Shown here: in pieces, positions 29,695-39,985 of the stretch | How the letters are laid out: every line of letters begins with the position of its first letter | Position numbering within the stretch: the first letter of the stretch is position 1 | From: a virus | Direction: 5' to 3' (one strand) | IMG/VR virus record: IMGVR_UViG_3300027736_000035 | Span: 20,994 to 84,993 of that record | Length of the DNA stretch: 64,000 nt | Program-made: the position numbers and the translations under genes | Notes under the pieces: generated by a model | What the model was told of the DNA's origin: nothing | Database searches by the model: none | What the model saw: only the letters and a program-made list of their open reading frames with translations

Positions 29695-30536
29695 CGACCG
29701 GTGCATTGATATTTGCATTCAACAATGAAAAAACAGACTATGTGGCCTTGGCTGCATGGTCAGCTGCCAACATACATAGACATCTTGACATTCCGGTGGC
29801 TGTGGTCACAGATAACGAACATCATACTGCACTCGCAGCATTTGATCAGGTGATCTTTGCCGAACCTTCCGCAGGTGGAACCAGGAACTTTGAAGACTAT
29901 AAGGCTACTGTGACCTGGCACAACGCCGGTAGGCCCGATGCATACAATCTCACACCCTGGGATAATACTCTATTGTTAGACGCAGATTATGTGGTGGCCA
30001 GTGATCAATTGCGCCATGCTTGTACAAATGGCAGAGATTTACAAGCCCACTCAAGATCAACAGACGTGCATAACAATCAAAACTCTGATCAGTTTGGTAA
30101 TTTTGCCATGAGCATGCATTGGGCCACAGTAGTACAATTTCGTAAATGCACCCAGGCTCAATACACGTTTGAGTGCATGAATATGATCAAAGACAATTGG
30201 CAGCACTACAGAGATATCTATCATATTCACAGCAGCACATACCGCAACGACTACTCGCTAAGTATAGCAATAAACATTGTGAATGGTCATGTGCCGCACA
30301 CCAGCAACCACTCAATTCATGGGTCATTGTTAAATGTGTATCCTGGTGATACGCTAACACAACTACACGAAGATTGCTATCGTGTGGCCTGGACTGATTC
30401 AAACAGCAAAAAACATCATGTGGATTTGGCAAATCAGGATTTACATGCCATGGGCAAAAGAGATTTAGAGGTCATAGTTGAAAGTCATAGAAGAGCAAGG
30501 CTATTTGATAACAGCCTGGAACTCAGCCACAGTTGA
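29691..30536 (+). CDS. GT-A fold glycosyltransferase-like protein
   Basis: DYVALA..SA..I...PVAVVTD...AYNLTPWDNTLLLDADYVV (DxD) ... YRNDYSLSIA. Confidence 0.7.
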   Translation: MTTGALIFAFNNEKTDYVALAAWSAANIHRHLDIPVAVVTDNEHHTALAAFDQVIFAEPSAGGTRNFEDYKATVTWHNAGRPDAYNLTPWDNTLLLDADYVVASDQLRHACTNGRDLQAHSRSTDVHNNQNSDQFGNFAMSMHWATVVQFRKCTQAQYTFECMNMIKDNWQHYRDIYHIHSSTYRNDYSLSIAINIVNGHVPHTSNHSIHGSLLNVYPGDTLTQLHEDCYRVAWTDSNSKKHHVDLANQDLHAMGKRDLEVIVESHRRARLFDNSLELSHS

Positions 30537-31239
30537 TTACGTCAACTGCGCGAGATCATTGGTTCAAACATTAAAACACTGGCATCCGGATGCCAAGGTG
30601 TGTTTGGTCACGGATACAGATGTCAATGACTCAATGTTTGATCATGTACGAGTGATCACACGTGCCAATCTTCATAATGCCTATGCTGATGACTGGCAAG
30701 TGTTTTATCAATCTCCGTTTCGTGAAACCATCAAACTGGAAGCAGACATGTGGATTACCAGTTCAATTGATCACTGGTGGAATATGTTTCGCAAACGTGA
30801 TCTGGTGATCAGCACAGGTTGCAGAAACTGGCAAGACCAATCTAGTACAGCAAGGCATTATCGTAAAATATTTGATGCCAATCATTTGCCTGACGTGTAC
30901 AATGCTGTCACGTACTGGAGATTGAGTATCACGGCAAAAGAATTTTTTGATCTGACACGCAACATATTTGAGCACTGGACCGAATACCGCAAGCTATTGA
31001 AATTTCCAGATGAGACAGCATCAACAGATTTGGTCTACGCCATGGCAGCACAGATCATCGGACCTGAACTGGTAACTTTACCATTTGCTACATATCCCAA
31101 AATAGTTCACATGAAACGGCATCATGCTGGTACACAAACAGAAAATTGGAAAAAAGAACTGATTTGGGAATGGGATAACAGCAGTTTACGTGTTCAGACT
31201 TTGACACAATCGGGAGCATTTCATTACCATGTCAAATGA
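30478..31239 (+). CDS. GT-A fold glycosyltransferase-like protein (paralogue of the previous gene)
   Basis: DYVNCARSL...VCLVTD...SPFRETIKLEADMWI (ExD variant) ... STDLVYAMA. Confidence 0.7.
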   Translation: MKVIEEQGYLITAWNSATVDYVNCARSLVQTLKHWHPDAKVCLVTDTDVNDSMFDHVRVITRANLHNAYADDWQVFYQSPFRETIKLEADMWITSSIDHWWNMFRKRDLVISTGCRNWQDQSSTARHYRKIFDANHLPDVYNAVTYWRLSITAKEFFDLTRNIFEHWTEYRKLLKFPDETASTDLVYAMAAQIIGPELVTLPFATYPKIVHMKRHHAGTQTENWKKELIWEWDNSSLRVQTLTQSGAFHYHVK

Positions 31240-31579
31240 ACCCGTAACTGAACAAGAGTTTTGGAGTATACTGGCAGCCATGCCCGAACCTCTACCAGTT
31301 TTCTTTAGACTGTATCATGATGATCGCGGGCGCGCATTATTCTACAGCATGGAGGATGTTCCAGGTACATACATTGAAATTGATGCAGAAACTTTTGCAC
31401 TACAGTCCACAAACGTCAGAGTACGAGATGGCTGTCTGGTTGAGGTGACCTGGGTCACTAGTGAAAAACTGCAACCAACGGAAACTGGTACATGTTGCCA
31501 CCCCACGGACATAACTGTAGTGGTTTCGCCTAACAATCCGCACATCAAATGGAGCAAACAAACACATGAACAAAATTGA
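31229..31579 (+). CDS. Hypothetical protein
   Basis: 116-aa ORF overlapping both neighbours in the operon. Confidence 0.6.
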   Translation: MSNEPVTEQEFWSILAAMPEPLPVFFRLYHDDRGRALFYSMEDVPGTYIEIDAETFALQSTNVRVRDGCLVEVTWVTSEKLQPTETGTCCHPTDITVVVSPNNPHIKWSKQTHEQN

Positions 31580-32489
31580 CACAGCAGACTTGGACTGCAT
31601 TTATCTCACCTATGACGAACCACAACGAGAAGAATTTTGGGTAAAGATCAAAAACATGATTCCATGGGCCAAACGTGTGGATGGTGTCCGCGGGTCTGAT
31701 GCAGCACACAAAGCCGCTGCTGCTGCCAGTGACACAGAACGTTTTATTTTGATTGATGGCGACAACTTGCCTTCTGCAGATTTTTTCAACAAAACATTGG
31801 AATTGCCCACAGCTGACTACGAGCAAGCAGTGTTCCGCTGGCGCGCTAGGAATCATGTGAACGGACTCATGTATGGCAATGGTGGCATCAGTAGTTGGAC
31901 ACGTGAATTTGCAAATGCCATGCGTACACACGAAGCCACTGATGGACGTACAGAAACACAAGTTGAGTTTTGTTTTGATCCCTTGTACTGGGCCATGCAC
32001 GACTGCTACAGCACCACGTACCCAGCACAGTCGCCATTCCATGCTTGGCGTGCTGGCTTTCGTGAAGGGGTTAAGATGTGCTTGAACAAAGGTGCAAAAC
32101 CCACTGTAGAAGAATTTAAGAATCAAGTGCTAAGAAATCTTGATCACTTGACCATATGGCACAACATTGGTGCAGATGTTGAAAACGGAGAATGGTGTAT
32201 GGCCGGTGCCAGACAAGGCACATACATGACCATGCTGACCAACTGGGATTATAAGCTGGTTCAAGATTTTGATGCGTTAGCTAAAATTTGGGAAACCGTG
32301 AAAGATGTCCAACCACGCATACTAAGTAATCAGTTAGGTCCTGAGATTGGTACTCAATTGGACTTGCCAATGGCCATCTTAGAGGCTGAACAGAGTGCAT
32401 TTTTCAAATATCATTATCGCAGCAATTGGCACAACCGTGGTGCAATGGTCAGAGAGATAGATGTGATCCGACAACAAGAGGGCTGGTGA
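31566..32489 (+). CDS. GT-A fold (GT2-like) glycosyltransferase
   Basis: DCIYLTYDEP...RVDGVRGSDAAHKAAA...FILIDGDN (DxD) ... NGLMYGNGG ... AWRAGFREGVKM. Confidence 0.7.
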   Translation: MNKIDTADLDCIYLTYDEPQREEFWVKIKNMIPWAKRVDGVRGSDAAHKAAAAASDTERFILIDGDNLPSADFFNKTLELPTADYEQAVFRWRARNHVNGLMYGNGGISSWTREFANAMRTHEATDGRTETQVEFCFDPLYWAMHDCYSTTYPAQSPFHAWRAGFREGVKMCLNKGAKPTVEEFKNQVLRNLDHLTIWHNIGADVENGEWCMAGARQGTYMTMLTNWDYKLVQDFDALAKIWETVKDVQPRILSNQLGPEIGTQLDLPMAILEAEQSAFFKYHYRSNWHNRGAMVREIDVIRQQEGW

Positions 32490-33424
32490 TGTATCCCTTG
32501 GGGTGTACCAGTGATCGTCTTTGGGATGTGCCGGGGTTGATACAATATCTTGCACAAAATCAACATAAATCAATTTCCATTGATGTTCAACCAGAAGCTA
32601 TCTGTTTGTATAGTCTTGGTTTTTATAAAATATTAGATTGTTTTAATTTTGAATCAGTGACTATACATACCTGGAACCCTTTTGAAAAACATTTGCAATA
32701 TACGATCAAGTACAAAGGTGACAACTTTTGGTTTGATCGCCAGGCTGATATAACAGTCTCACAATGTGAATATACCGGAAACAAAACTTTTTTGTGTTTG
32801 TATCATCGTCCCACTGCTGGTCGCCTGGCATTGGCTGGATATTTGCACAAACACCATGCAGCATCTAGCCTGATCCATTTTAGCACAGATACAGATGATG
32901 ATAGTCTTATTCAATTTGAATTTGACAAGTTGTTGTCGTGGCATTTGCCCAGCTTGGAAAACGCATCCAAGCTACTGCCTACCTTGCCTATTTTATTATC
33001 CCCTCGAGATCAGTATACCGGATCATTGGGATATTTTTATACTGATCCGTTGACTGAACTGTATAGAGAAATATTAATTGACGTTGTGGTTGAGAGTCAT
33101 GTTGCTGGCAATACATTTTTCCCTACAGAAAAAACCGTGAGGCCCATGTTGTTGGGTAAACCATTTTTGGTATTCGCCAGTTGTAATTATTTGGTATATC
33201 TAAGACAGATGGGATTTAGAACATTTTCCGACTTCTGGTCCGAAGATTACGACGGGCATGAAGGCAAAGAAAGACTGATAAGAATGTTGTCGGTGCTGGA
33301 TACCATAGCCGCAATGACTGCATCACAGCGTGAAGCAATGTACTGGGATCTTCAATACACGTTGCAGCACAATCAAAATATATTGAAACAGCGCAAGTGG
33401 TCTAATAACATAAAATTAATATGA
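32489..33424 (+). CDS. GT10/GT-B-like glycosyltransferase paralogue 1
   Basis: VVVES...FPTEKTVRPMLLGKPF...LRQMGFRTFSDFWSEDYD. Start at TGATG 32489. Confidence 0.6.
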   Translation: MYPLGCTSDRLWDVPGLIQYLAQNQHKSISIDVQPEAICLYSLGFYKILDCFNFESVTIHTWNPFEKHLQYTIKYKGDNFWFDRQADITVSQCEYTGNKTFLCLYHRPTAGRLALAGYLHKHHAASSLIHFSTDTDDDSLIQFEFDKLLSWHLPSLENASKLLPTLPILLSPRDQYTGSLGYFYTDPLTELYREILIDVVVESHVAGNTFFPTEKTVRPMLLGKPFLVFASCNYLVYLRQMGFRTFSDFWSEDYDGHEGKERLIRMLSVLDTIAAMTASQREAMYWDLQYTLQHNQNILKQRKWSNNIKLI

Positions 33425-34797
33425 TTGAAAAAAGCAAATTCTTATTTTCGGCCGAGCAGATGCACAAAGATCTCGGTCCAGCACTGTGTTTGGCCAAGTG
33501 GAAACAGGTCAGCTTGCATCTCACTACAGGTCTAAACAACAGTTGCTATCATCCGCCATTGCATGCAATTGATCCTGCTGCGATAGAGATTAATCCTTCT
33601 GCTCTACATAATACTGCTCATAAAAAAGCACAGCGTAAAATAATGCTACAGCAAGAACGTCCCGACGAATGCTCTTACTGCTGGAACATGGAAGACCTGG
33701 GCAAACTGAGCGATCGACATTACCGATCAGGCGAGCCCTGGGCAGCCGTAGATTTTGAAAAGATAAAAAACTCAACCGGAGAAGAAGATGTCGTACCGTC
33801 ATATGTGGAAGTCAATTTTAACAATGCCTGCAACCTTAAATGCAGCTATTGCAGTCCGCAGTTCAGCTCTAGTTGGCAGCAAGAAGTGGAACGTCATGGG
33901 GCATTTCCTACTTTGGTTCCTCATAACGCTCCTGAGCATTTTAGCGGCCATCGCAGGCCTATCCCTGCCCGTGATCACAACCCTTATGTAGAAGCATTCT
34001 GGGCATGGTGGCCCTCATTGTATCCTGAACTCAAACACTTCCGCATGACCGGCGGTGAACCACTCATGGATCGCAACACCTATCGAGTGTTTGACTATGT
34101 GTTGGAGCATCCTAAAAATGATCTGCACTTGGCTGTGACATCAAACTTCAGTGTGGAACCTGAACTGTCAAAAAAATACTTTGATTATGTTCAACGCTTA
34201 TGCGACACTGACATCGAACATTTCATGCAGTATGTGAGCCTTGACTCGGGCATAGGTCCGCAAGCAGAATACATTCGACATGGATTAGATTTTGATCGTT
34301 TAGCACACAATGTAGAAACATATCTAAGAGATATTCCATATCGTAACAGTCTTACATTTATTGTGACAATGAACAATTTATCAGTCACTGGATTCCTGCC
34401 ATTGATGAAGTGGATTTTAGAACTACGACGCCAACATAGTAAAACATATCAGCGTGTATGGTTTGATACACCTGTGCTAAGACAACCTGCCTGGCAAAGC
34501 CTACAAATTCTGCCTGAGAGCTATGCAGCAAATCTAGAACAGGCACGAGACTTTATGTTGGCCAATCTAGAAACTGAATTGGATCCGTTCCATGGATTTA
34601 AAGACTATGAAGTGCAACGACTAGAACGTGATATAGCATGGATGCGATCAGATTCAAATACAAGTTCCAAACGGCATTTAGCAGATTTCTATAGATTTTT
34701 CACGGAGCATGATCGACGTCGCGGAACAGACTTCTCGAAGGCATTTCCTGAAATGCGAGTCTGGTGGGATGAGTGCAAGTATTGGGGCAAGCAGTAG
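33421..34797 (+). CDS. Radical SAM enzyme with N-terminal twitch-like domain (1)
   Basis: CNLKCSYC and TGGEP. N-terminal CLAKW..SCYHPPLH..CSYCW. Confidence 0.9.
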   Translation: MIEKSKFLFSAEQMHKDLGPALCLAKWKQVSLHLTTGLNNSCYHPPLHAIDPAAIEINPSALHNTAHKKAQRKIMLQQERPDECSYCWNMEDLGKLSDRHYRSGEPWAAVDFEKIKNSTGEEDVVPSYVEVNFNNACNLKCSYCSPQFSSSWQQEVERHGAFPTLVPHNAPEHFSGHRRPIPARDHNPYVEAFWAWWPSLYPELKHFRMTGGEPLMDRNTYRVFDYVLEHPKNDLHLAVTSNFSVEPELSKKYFDYVQRLCDTDIEHFMQYVSLDSGIGPQAEYIRHGLDFDRLAHNVETYLRDIPYRNSLTFIVTMNNLSVTGFLPLMKWILELRRQHSKTYQRVWFDTPVLRQPAWQSLQILPESYAANLEQARDFMLANLETELDPFHGFKDYEVQRLERDIAWMRSDSNTSSKRHLADFYRFFTEHDRRRGTDFSKAFPEMRVWWDECKYWGKQ

Positions 34798-34798
34798 C

Positions 34799-35839
34799 AT
34801 GACAACTGAGTTTGTTGGGACTACCTTTCCGCCCTCTAGCGATTGGCACACTGATGAAAAAAATCTAATAAAAAATATACACGATCAAATTGATTGTGCA
34901 TTTCCTAACAGTCAAAATTTGTTTATAAACACCACATGGTTTGGTCCACAATTTGGCAATGCACTATGGCACAGGTATCAACACACTATATCGCAGAAAC
35001 AATTTGATCGAGTGTTCATGTTGGCAGCAGTTGACCCGGTGTTTTTAAATAGTGATCAGATTTCTCACATGCAGGTAGAAACCAGAGCCAAGATATATCT
35101 GTTGGGAAATTTTGACACTGAGTACTACTTTAATTTTTTTTCACAGGTGATACCTAAATATTTTGTATCCTACACGGAGCAACAGTTGCATCTTAGAAAA
35201 TCAAAATACTTGTATATAAATTACAATCGTAAACCAAGAGACCACAGGTCGGCACTGGTAAATCAATTGATTGATGAAGATTTACTCAAATACGGAGTTG
35301 TCACACTAGGCAAACCAAATAGCATATACAGTAAAGAAACATTGCCAAAACAGCATTTAAATCTAAATGAAACACCCCAAGATGCTGTTGGTAATTGGGG
35401 AATGAATATGGAGTTTGGTATTCCTCACGACATACATAGCCTGGGCAATTTAACCATATGGCAACAGCATTTTTTAAACATAGTAGGGGAGACTGAATTC
35501 TTTCCCTGGGACAACATGTTTATCAGTGAAAAAACATGGAAACCCATCCTGGGACTCAGACCATTTGTGATCAATGGACAGACAAAGATATATAAATATT
35601 TGCGTGATCAAGGATTCCAGACATTCAACCATTATTGGCCGCAGGTTGATGTAGAAGGTGCTACCGAGCTTGAAGTACATGACACCATAGTACAAGTGAT
35701 TAAATATTTGCAAGAGCTCAACCCCGCTGATTTACAAAATATGTATCAACGCATGTGGCCAGCATTGACACACAATCGCAACAGATTTTGGGAATTTGCA
35801 AAAGAACAAAAATACAAAATAGAAAATCTATTTAAATGA
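34799..35839 (+). CDS. GT10/GT-B-like glycosyltransferase paralogue 2
   Basis: YNRKPRDHR ... IVGET...ISEKTWKPILGLRPF..NG...LRDQGFQTF. Likely start is ATG 34799. Confidence 0.6.
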   Translation: MTTEFVGTTFPPSSDWHTDEKNLIKNIHDQIDCAFPNSQNLFINTTWFGPQFGNALWHRYQHTISQKQFDRVFMLAAVDPVFLNSDQISHMQVETRAKIYLLGNFDTEYYFNFFSQVIPKYFVSYTEQQLHLRKSKYLYINYNRKPRDHRSALVNQLIDEDLLKYGVVTLGKPNSIYSKETLPKQHLNLNETPQDAVGNWGMNMEFGIPHDIHSLGNLTIWQQHFLNIVGETEFFPWDNMFISEKTWKPILGLRPFVINGQTKIYKYLRDQGFQTFNHYWPQVDVEGATELEVHDTIVQVIKYLQELNPADLQNMYQRMWPALTHNRNRFWEFAKEQKYKIENLFK

Positions 35840-36507
35840 AACAGTACATGATCATATGCTGCGCCGGTGACGGTGGATCATTTCTGACCACCGTAGTTGC
35901 ACAACTGCTCGGCTATCAAATCAAAGCAAAATTTAGCAACACCGGACATGCCCATGACATGGGCCGGGGAAATTGGCGCGGCGCCGAATCTTTATGCTTA
36001 ATCGGCGATAACTGGGAAATGAATTATCGTCCAGGTGCCAGGCTGTATACTTCGCATGTGATGCCATACAATTACATACAGCAAAACCCAGATGTTAAAA
36101 TAATAAAGATCGACACTGCTCCTAAGGATTATAGAAAAGTCACCGAGTTATGTGTTTCCAAAGCCTGGCCAGACATGTGGACACCAGAAGAATATGCTAA
36201 ATGGGTTGGACCCGACTATCCTCCATACCACAAAAGCAATGTAGAGCAAAGCAAATTAATTCGCAATGATTTGATCAATGATCTGGTAATAAACTACACA
36301 AAAAAATGGCAAGATCACCATAGGTTTGTGCCGGTCCATCATGTAATTAATTTTAGAACTATCATGGGCATTGACAATATAGATTTAGTAGACAGCATTT
36401 GTGAGATTGTGTCACAACCTGCCACATTAATCATAAGACAATATGTTGCCGAATATCAAAAAGTGAATCAATCATTGTATTTTAAAAATTATGTTAGGCA
36501 ATCATAA
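35836..36507 (+). CDS. Sulfotransferase-like / P-loop protein 1
   Basis: N-terminal beta strand followed by AGDGGSFLTT, resembling the PAPS-binding loop; also YTSH. Confidence 0.4.
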   Translation: MKQYMIICCAGDGGSFLTTVVAQLLGYQIKAKFSNTGHAHDMGRGNWRGAESLCLIGDNWEMNYRPGARLYTSHVMPYNYIQQNPDVKIIKIDTAPKDYRKVTELCVSKAWPDMWTPEEYAKWVGPDYPPYHKSNVEQSKLIRNDLINDLVINYTKKWQDHHRFVPVHHVINFRTIMGIDNIDLVDSICEIVSQPATLIIRQYVAEYQKVNQSLYFKNYVRQS

Positions 36508-37639
36508 AATCATTGTGGATGAATGGGCTGAAGTTTGGGATCTTCTCAAACCCTATGCCGACGGCAGCTTCTGGCGCTGGAGTGATTTAACTCTTGACCC
36601 GTCAACTGTGTATATTGTTGGGCGAGTGGTGCTCAAAGAGAACTGGCAATCCATAACCGAATGGGCACACCAACATCCAGGAAAAATAGTGTTTTGCAAC
36701 CCTGCTGAAGGATCCCAGACTATATTACTGCAACTGAAAAGATTAATGATTTCTGAGCAAATCAAATCAGGAGAAATATTGCTGTTGACATCAGGAGATC
36801 TTGAATCTGGATGGAATTATTGCAAGACTGATTGTTATTTTTCCAACATTGTTGAATATCTTGAAAATATCGGCGCACACGAATCGTGGCCACAGGTGTA
36901 TCACAAAACAAACAAGCCATACGACTTCTTGTTTTTGAACGGAAGATTGCGCCCACATCGAAAATATCTAATAGACCAACTACGCCAACAACAGTTGCTG
37001 GACCGAGCCTTGTGGACCAATCTTGGAGATCAAGTTGAAATGTCATGGACCAGCACACTAATAACCAATCAGACCGAGCCAGTTAGACTATTGCCCAAAC
37101 AATATGAGATACCACGTGCATTGCCTAACATGGATTTGCTGCCAGTAGGATTTGTCAAACACCACTTGTTTGCAAACACCTGGGGCGATGCCATAGTTAA
37201 TCCTGCGGCTTATGTGGATACATCGTTTTCATTGGTAACAGAAACCATATTTGACTATCCGCACACATTCCGCACAGAAAAAATCTGGAAACCCATGATC
37301 ATGTGTCATCCATTTGTGGTGGCTGCCAATCCGGGCTACTATCGCGACCTGCATAACGCAGGGTTTGAAACATTTGGCCACTTGATTGACGAATCGTTTG
37401 ACCAGATTGACGATCCTACAGATCGTGCCAATAGAGTGGTTGCAGTTGTGAAAGATATATGCTATAATGGTACTGAGTCTTTCTTAGAAGCTGCCAGAAA
37501 CGCATGTAAATACAACTATCAGCAGCTTCGAGATCACAACACGCAACAACGTGCTGTTCTGCCAGATTCACTTGAGATTTATATAAATGCCAACACACAC
37601 TATAGCCAGAACTTTTCCCACCAAGTGGGTGTACGGTGA
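36491..37639 (+). CDS. GT10/GT-B-like glycosyltransferase paralogue 3
   Basis: FLFLNGRLRPHR ... LVTET...RTEKIWKPMIMCHPF...GFETFGHLIDESFD. Confidence 0.6.
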   Translation: MLGNHKIIVDEWAEVWDLLKPYADGSFWRWSDLTLDPSTVYIVGRVVLKENWQSITEWAHQHPGKIVFCNPAEGSQTILLQLKRLMISEQIKSGEILLLTSGDLESGWNYCKTDCYFSNIVEYLENIGAHESWPQVYHKTNKPYDFLFLNGRLRPHRKYLIDQLRQQQLLDRALWTNLGDQVEMSWTSTLITNQTEPVRLLPKQYEIPRALPNMDLLPVGFVKHHLFANTWGDAIVNPAAYVDTSFSLVTETIFDYPHTFRTEKIWKPMIMCHPFVVAANPGYYRDLHNAGFETFGHLIDESFDQIDDPTDRANRVVAVVKDICYNGTESFLEAARNACKYNYQQLRDHNTQQRAVLPDSLEIYINANTHYSQNFSHQVGVR

Positions 37640-38642
37640 GTACGAAGAAAAAATACTACACAGTCTTTCAGCACAGATCGACAGTCGATTTCCTGATCAA
37701 AACAATTTAATTTTAAATTTTACCTGGCACGGGCCGTGGACTGATACCGAAGTTGACGACTATATCTCAACTGGCAAGAAGATTGATCAGTTGTTTATCG
37801 TGTGTACTGTGGATGGATACCTAGGCACATTGGATCATTACATAAAACGTTTAAAAGACACTGTTGGAGTTTCCACTGTGCATTGGATAGGAAATTTTGA
37901 AAATAGTCCTTTTGAATTTAATTTTTTTGCTATAGTATGTAGAGATCATTTCAAGAAGTACAACACACAAGATCTAATACTGACTGATGTGAAACATGCG
38001 TTTGTGAGCTACAATCGCAAACCTTACCCACACCGATTAGAGTTTGTTCGAGAACTAGTGAATACCGGTTTAAACAATCATGGTGTGATAACAATGGGTC
38101 AAAGTTTTCCTGGAGAAGATCATGGATTATTCATGAGCATAGGAGAGCGTGAAGAAGACTATGTAAAATATGGGCATTGGTACGAGCCAGGAACAGAGTC
38201 AACCCCTCATGTGATTCCGCATGATCTTTTTAGCCTGCACAATTGGCCAGTGTGGCAACATCATTTTTTACATGTGACAGGAGCAACTATATTTCCTGAT
38301 TATTTGCCAGTGTTTGTTAATCAGATACATTTCAAACCCATTATTGGACTGCGTCCATTCATAATAAATGGACAGAGCAAGCAAAGTGCGTATCTTAGAA
38401 AACACGGATTCCGAACTTTTGAAAATTGGTTTCCTGACACAGAAGTCAATACCTCACCGCCTGAGGCAGCAGAACAAAGTAAAAATCAATTGGTCAAGAC
38501 CTTGCAAAACTTAGTAAAATTGTCGCCTGCACAGATGCTAGACATGTATCAAAGCATGCTGCCTGATTTGTTACACAACCGTCAGCGTTGGTTTGAGTGG
38601 GCAGATGAGCAGGCGGCATTGGTAGAAAATATATTTCAATGA
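37587..38642 (+). CDS. GT10/GT-B-like glycosyltransferase paralogue 4 (divergent motifs)
   Basis: YNRKPYPHR ... FKPIIGLRPFIING..LRKHGFRTF. Closest to paralogue 2 (PHDLFSL..WQHHFL versus PHDIHSL..WQQHFL). Confidence 0.55.
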   Translation: MPTHTIARTFPTKWVYGEYEEKILHSLSAQIDSRFPDQNNLILNFTWHGPWTDTEVDDYISTGKKIDQLFIVCTVDGYLGTLDHYIKRLKDTVGVSTVHWIGNFENSPFEFNFFAIVCRDHFKKYNTQDLILTDVKHAFVSYNRKPYPHRLEFVRELVNTGLNNHGVITMGQSFPGEDHGLFMSIGEREEDYVKYGHWYEPGTESTPHVIPHDLFSLHNWPVWQHHFLHVTGATIFPDYLPVFVNQIHFKPIIGLRPFIINGQSKQSAYLRKHGFRTFENWFPDTEVNTSPPEAAEQSKNQLVKTLQNLVKLSPAQMLDMYQSMLPDLLHNRQRWFEWADEQAALVENIFQ

Positions 38643-39985
38643 ACGATCTTAAATTTCGGCAACAGGTGTTGGACAACAAAAGCAAGAGTTTTTGTGCGGC
38701 CAAATGGTACAATGCCACCATTTGGTTGGGCAGCGGAATGACCACAAGTTGTCATCATCCACCAGCACATGCCATCGATATAGATGATATCAAACACAAT
38801 CCTGCAGCATTGCATAACACTACTAAAAAGAAATTTGAACGTGATCAAATGCAACATGGTGATCGGCCGCCAGGCTGTGAATATTGTTGGAAGATTGAAG
38901 ATATGGGCAGCGATGCCATAAGTGATCGTGTGTATAAAAGTCGAATTTATCCTATAGAGGCATTGAATGAAGCATTTGAAACTCCTGCAGCTGATGACGT
39001 TAGCTTACGTACCCTTGAAATTGCATTTGACCGTACTTGTCAATTTGCTTGTAGCTATTGTAACCCTGCTTTTAGTAGCACTTGGGTTAACGATATACGA
39101 AAGAATGGACCTTATAACGGACTTGTTAGTGACGGTCGGAACCATTTTACTCACACTCACGATAGCAGCCAACTTTATAAATTCGGTCAAACTAATCCGT
39201 ATGTGGAAGCATTCTTCCAATGGTGGGAAACAGACCTCCATCGGACACTACAAGAACTAAGGATCACCGGCGGCGAACCATTGATGTCGGGAGAAACTTG
39301 GAAACTGATTGACTGGTTCCAAAACAATCCTGGACGCAGCAACACTCGTTTGGCTATCAATTCAAATTTAGGCACAGCAGTAGACTTGGATCGATTGTTA
39401 GACAGCATCACAGGATTGGAAGTGGACATATACACATCAAACGAAAGCATAGGCTTACAAGCTGAATACATCAGAGACGGACTAGTATGGGACGACTGGG
39501 CCAACAATGTAGAACGCCTGTTGGACTCAAGAAAGTTACGTGGTATACATGTGATGAACACCATCAATGCCTTGTGCCTGGATACATTGGATCAGTTCTT
39601 GGAATGCATAATGAACTGGAAGTTAGAATATGGTCGTGATGCTGTGAGTTTTACATTGAATATTTTACGATTCCCCAGTTTCCAATCGCCACTGGTGCTG
39701 CCTGACAATCTGCGTATGATATATCGTCAGCGATTGATCACATGGTTAGAACATTGGGCCGGCAGTGAATTTTTGCATGAACATGAACTCAATCATGTAC
39801 AACGTCTAATAGATTACCTGGATGTGGTCAAGACTCCTCATTCAGAAGCATTTGAAATGCCCAAGTTGTTGAACGACTTCAAACAGTTCTATACACAATA
39901 CGATCAGCGCCGCGGCAAAGACTTTGGTCTGGCGTTCCCCACATTAAAACACTGGTATGACTCAATACAAATACAACAGCAGTGA
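38639..39985 (+). CDS. Radical SAM enzyme with N-terminal twitch-like domain (2)
   Basis: CQFACSYC and TGGEP. N-terminal CAAKW..SCHHPPAH..CEYCW. Confidence 0.9.
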   Translation: MNDLKFRQQVLDNKSKSFCAAKWYNATIWLGSGMTTSCHHPPAHAIDIDDIKHNPAALHNTTKKKFERDQMQHGDRPPGCEYCWKIEDMGSDAISDRVYKSRIYPIEALNEAFETPAADDVSLRTLEIAFDRTCQFACSYCNPAFSSTWVNDIRKNGPYNGLVSDGRNHFTHTHDSSQLYKFGQTNPYVEAFFQWWETDLHRTLQELRITGGEPLMSGETWKLIDWFQNNPGRSNTRLAINSNLGTAVDLDRLLDSITGLEVDIYTSNESIGLQAEYIRDGLVWDDWANNVERLLDSRKLRGIHVMNTINALCLDTLDQFLECIMNWKLEYGRDAVSFTLNILRFPSFQSPLVLPDNLRMIYRQRLITWLEHWAGSEFLHEHELNHVQRLIDYLDVVKTPHSEAFEMPKLLNDFKQFYTQYDQRRGKDFGLAFPTLKHWYDSIQIQQQ

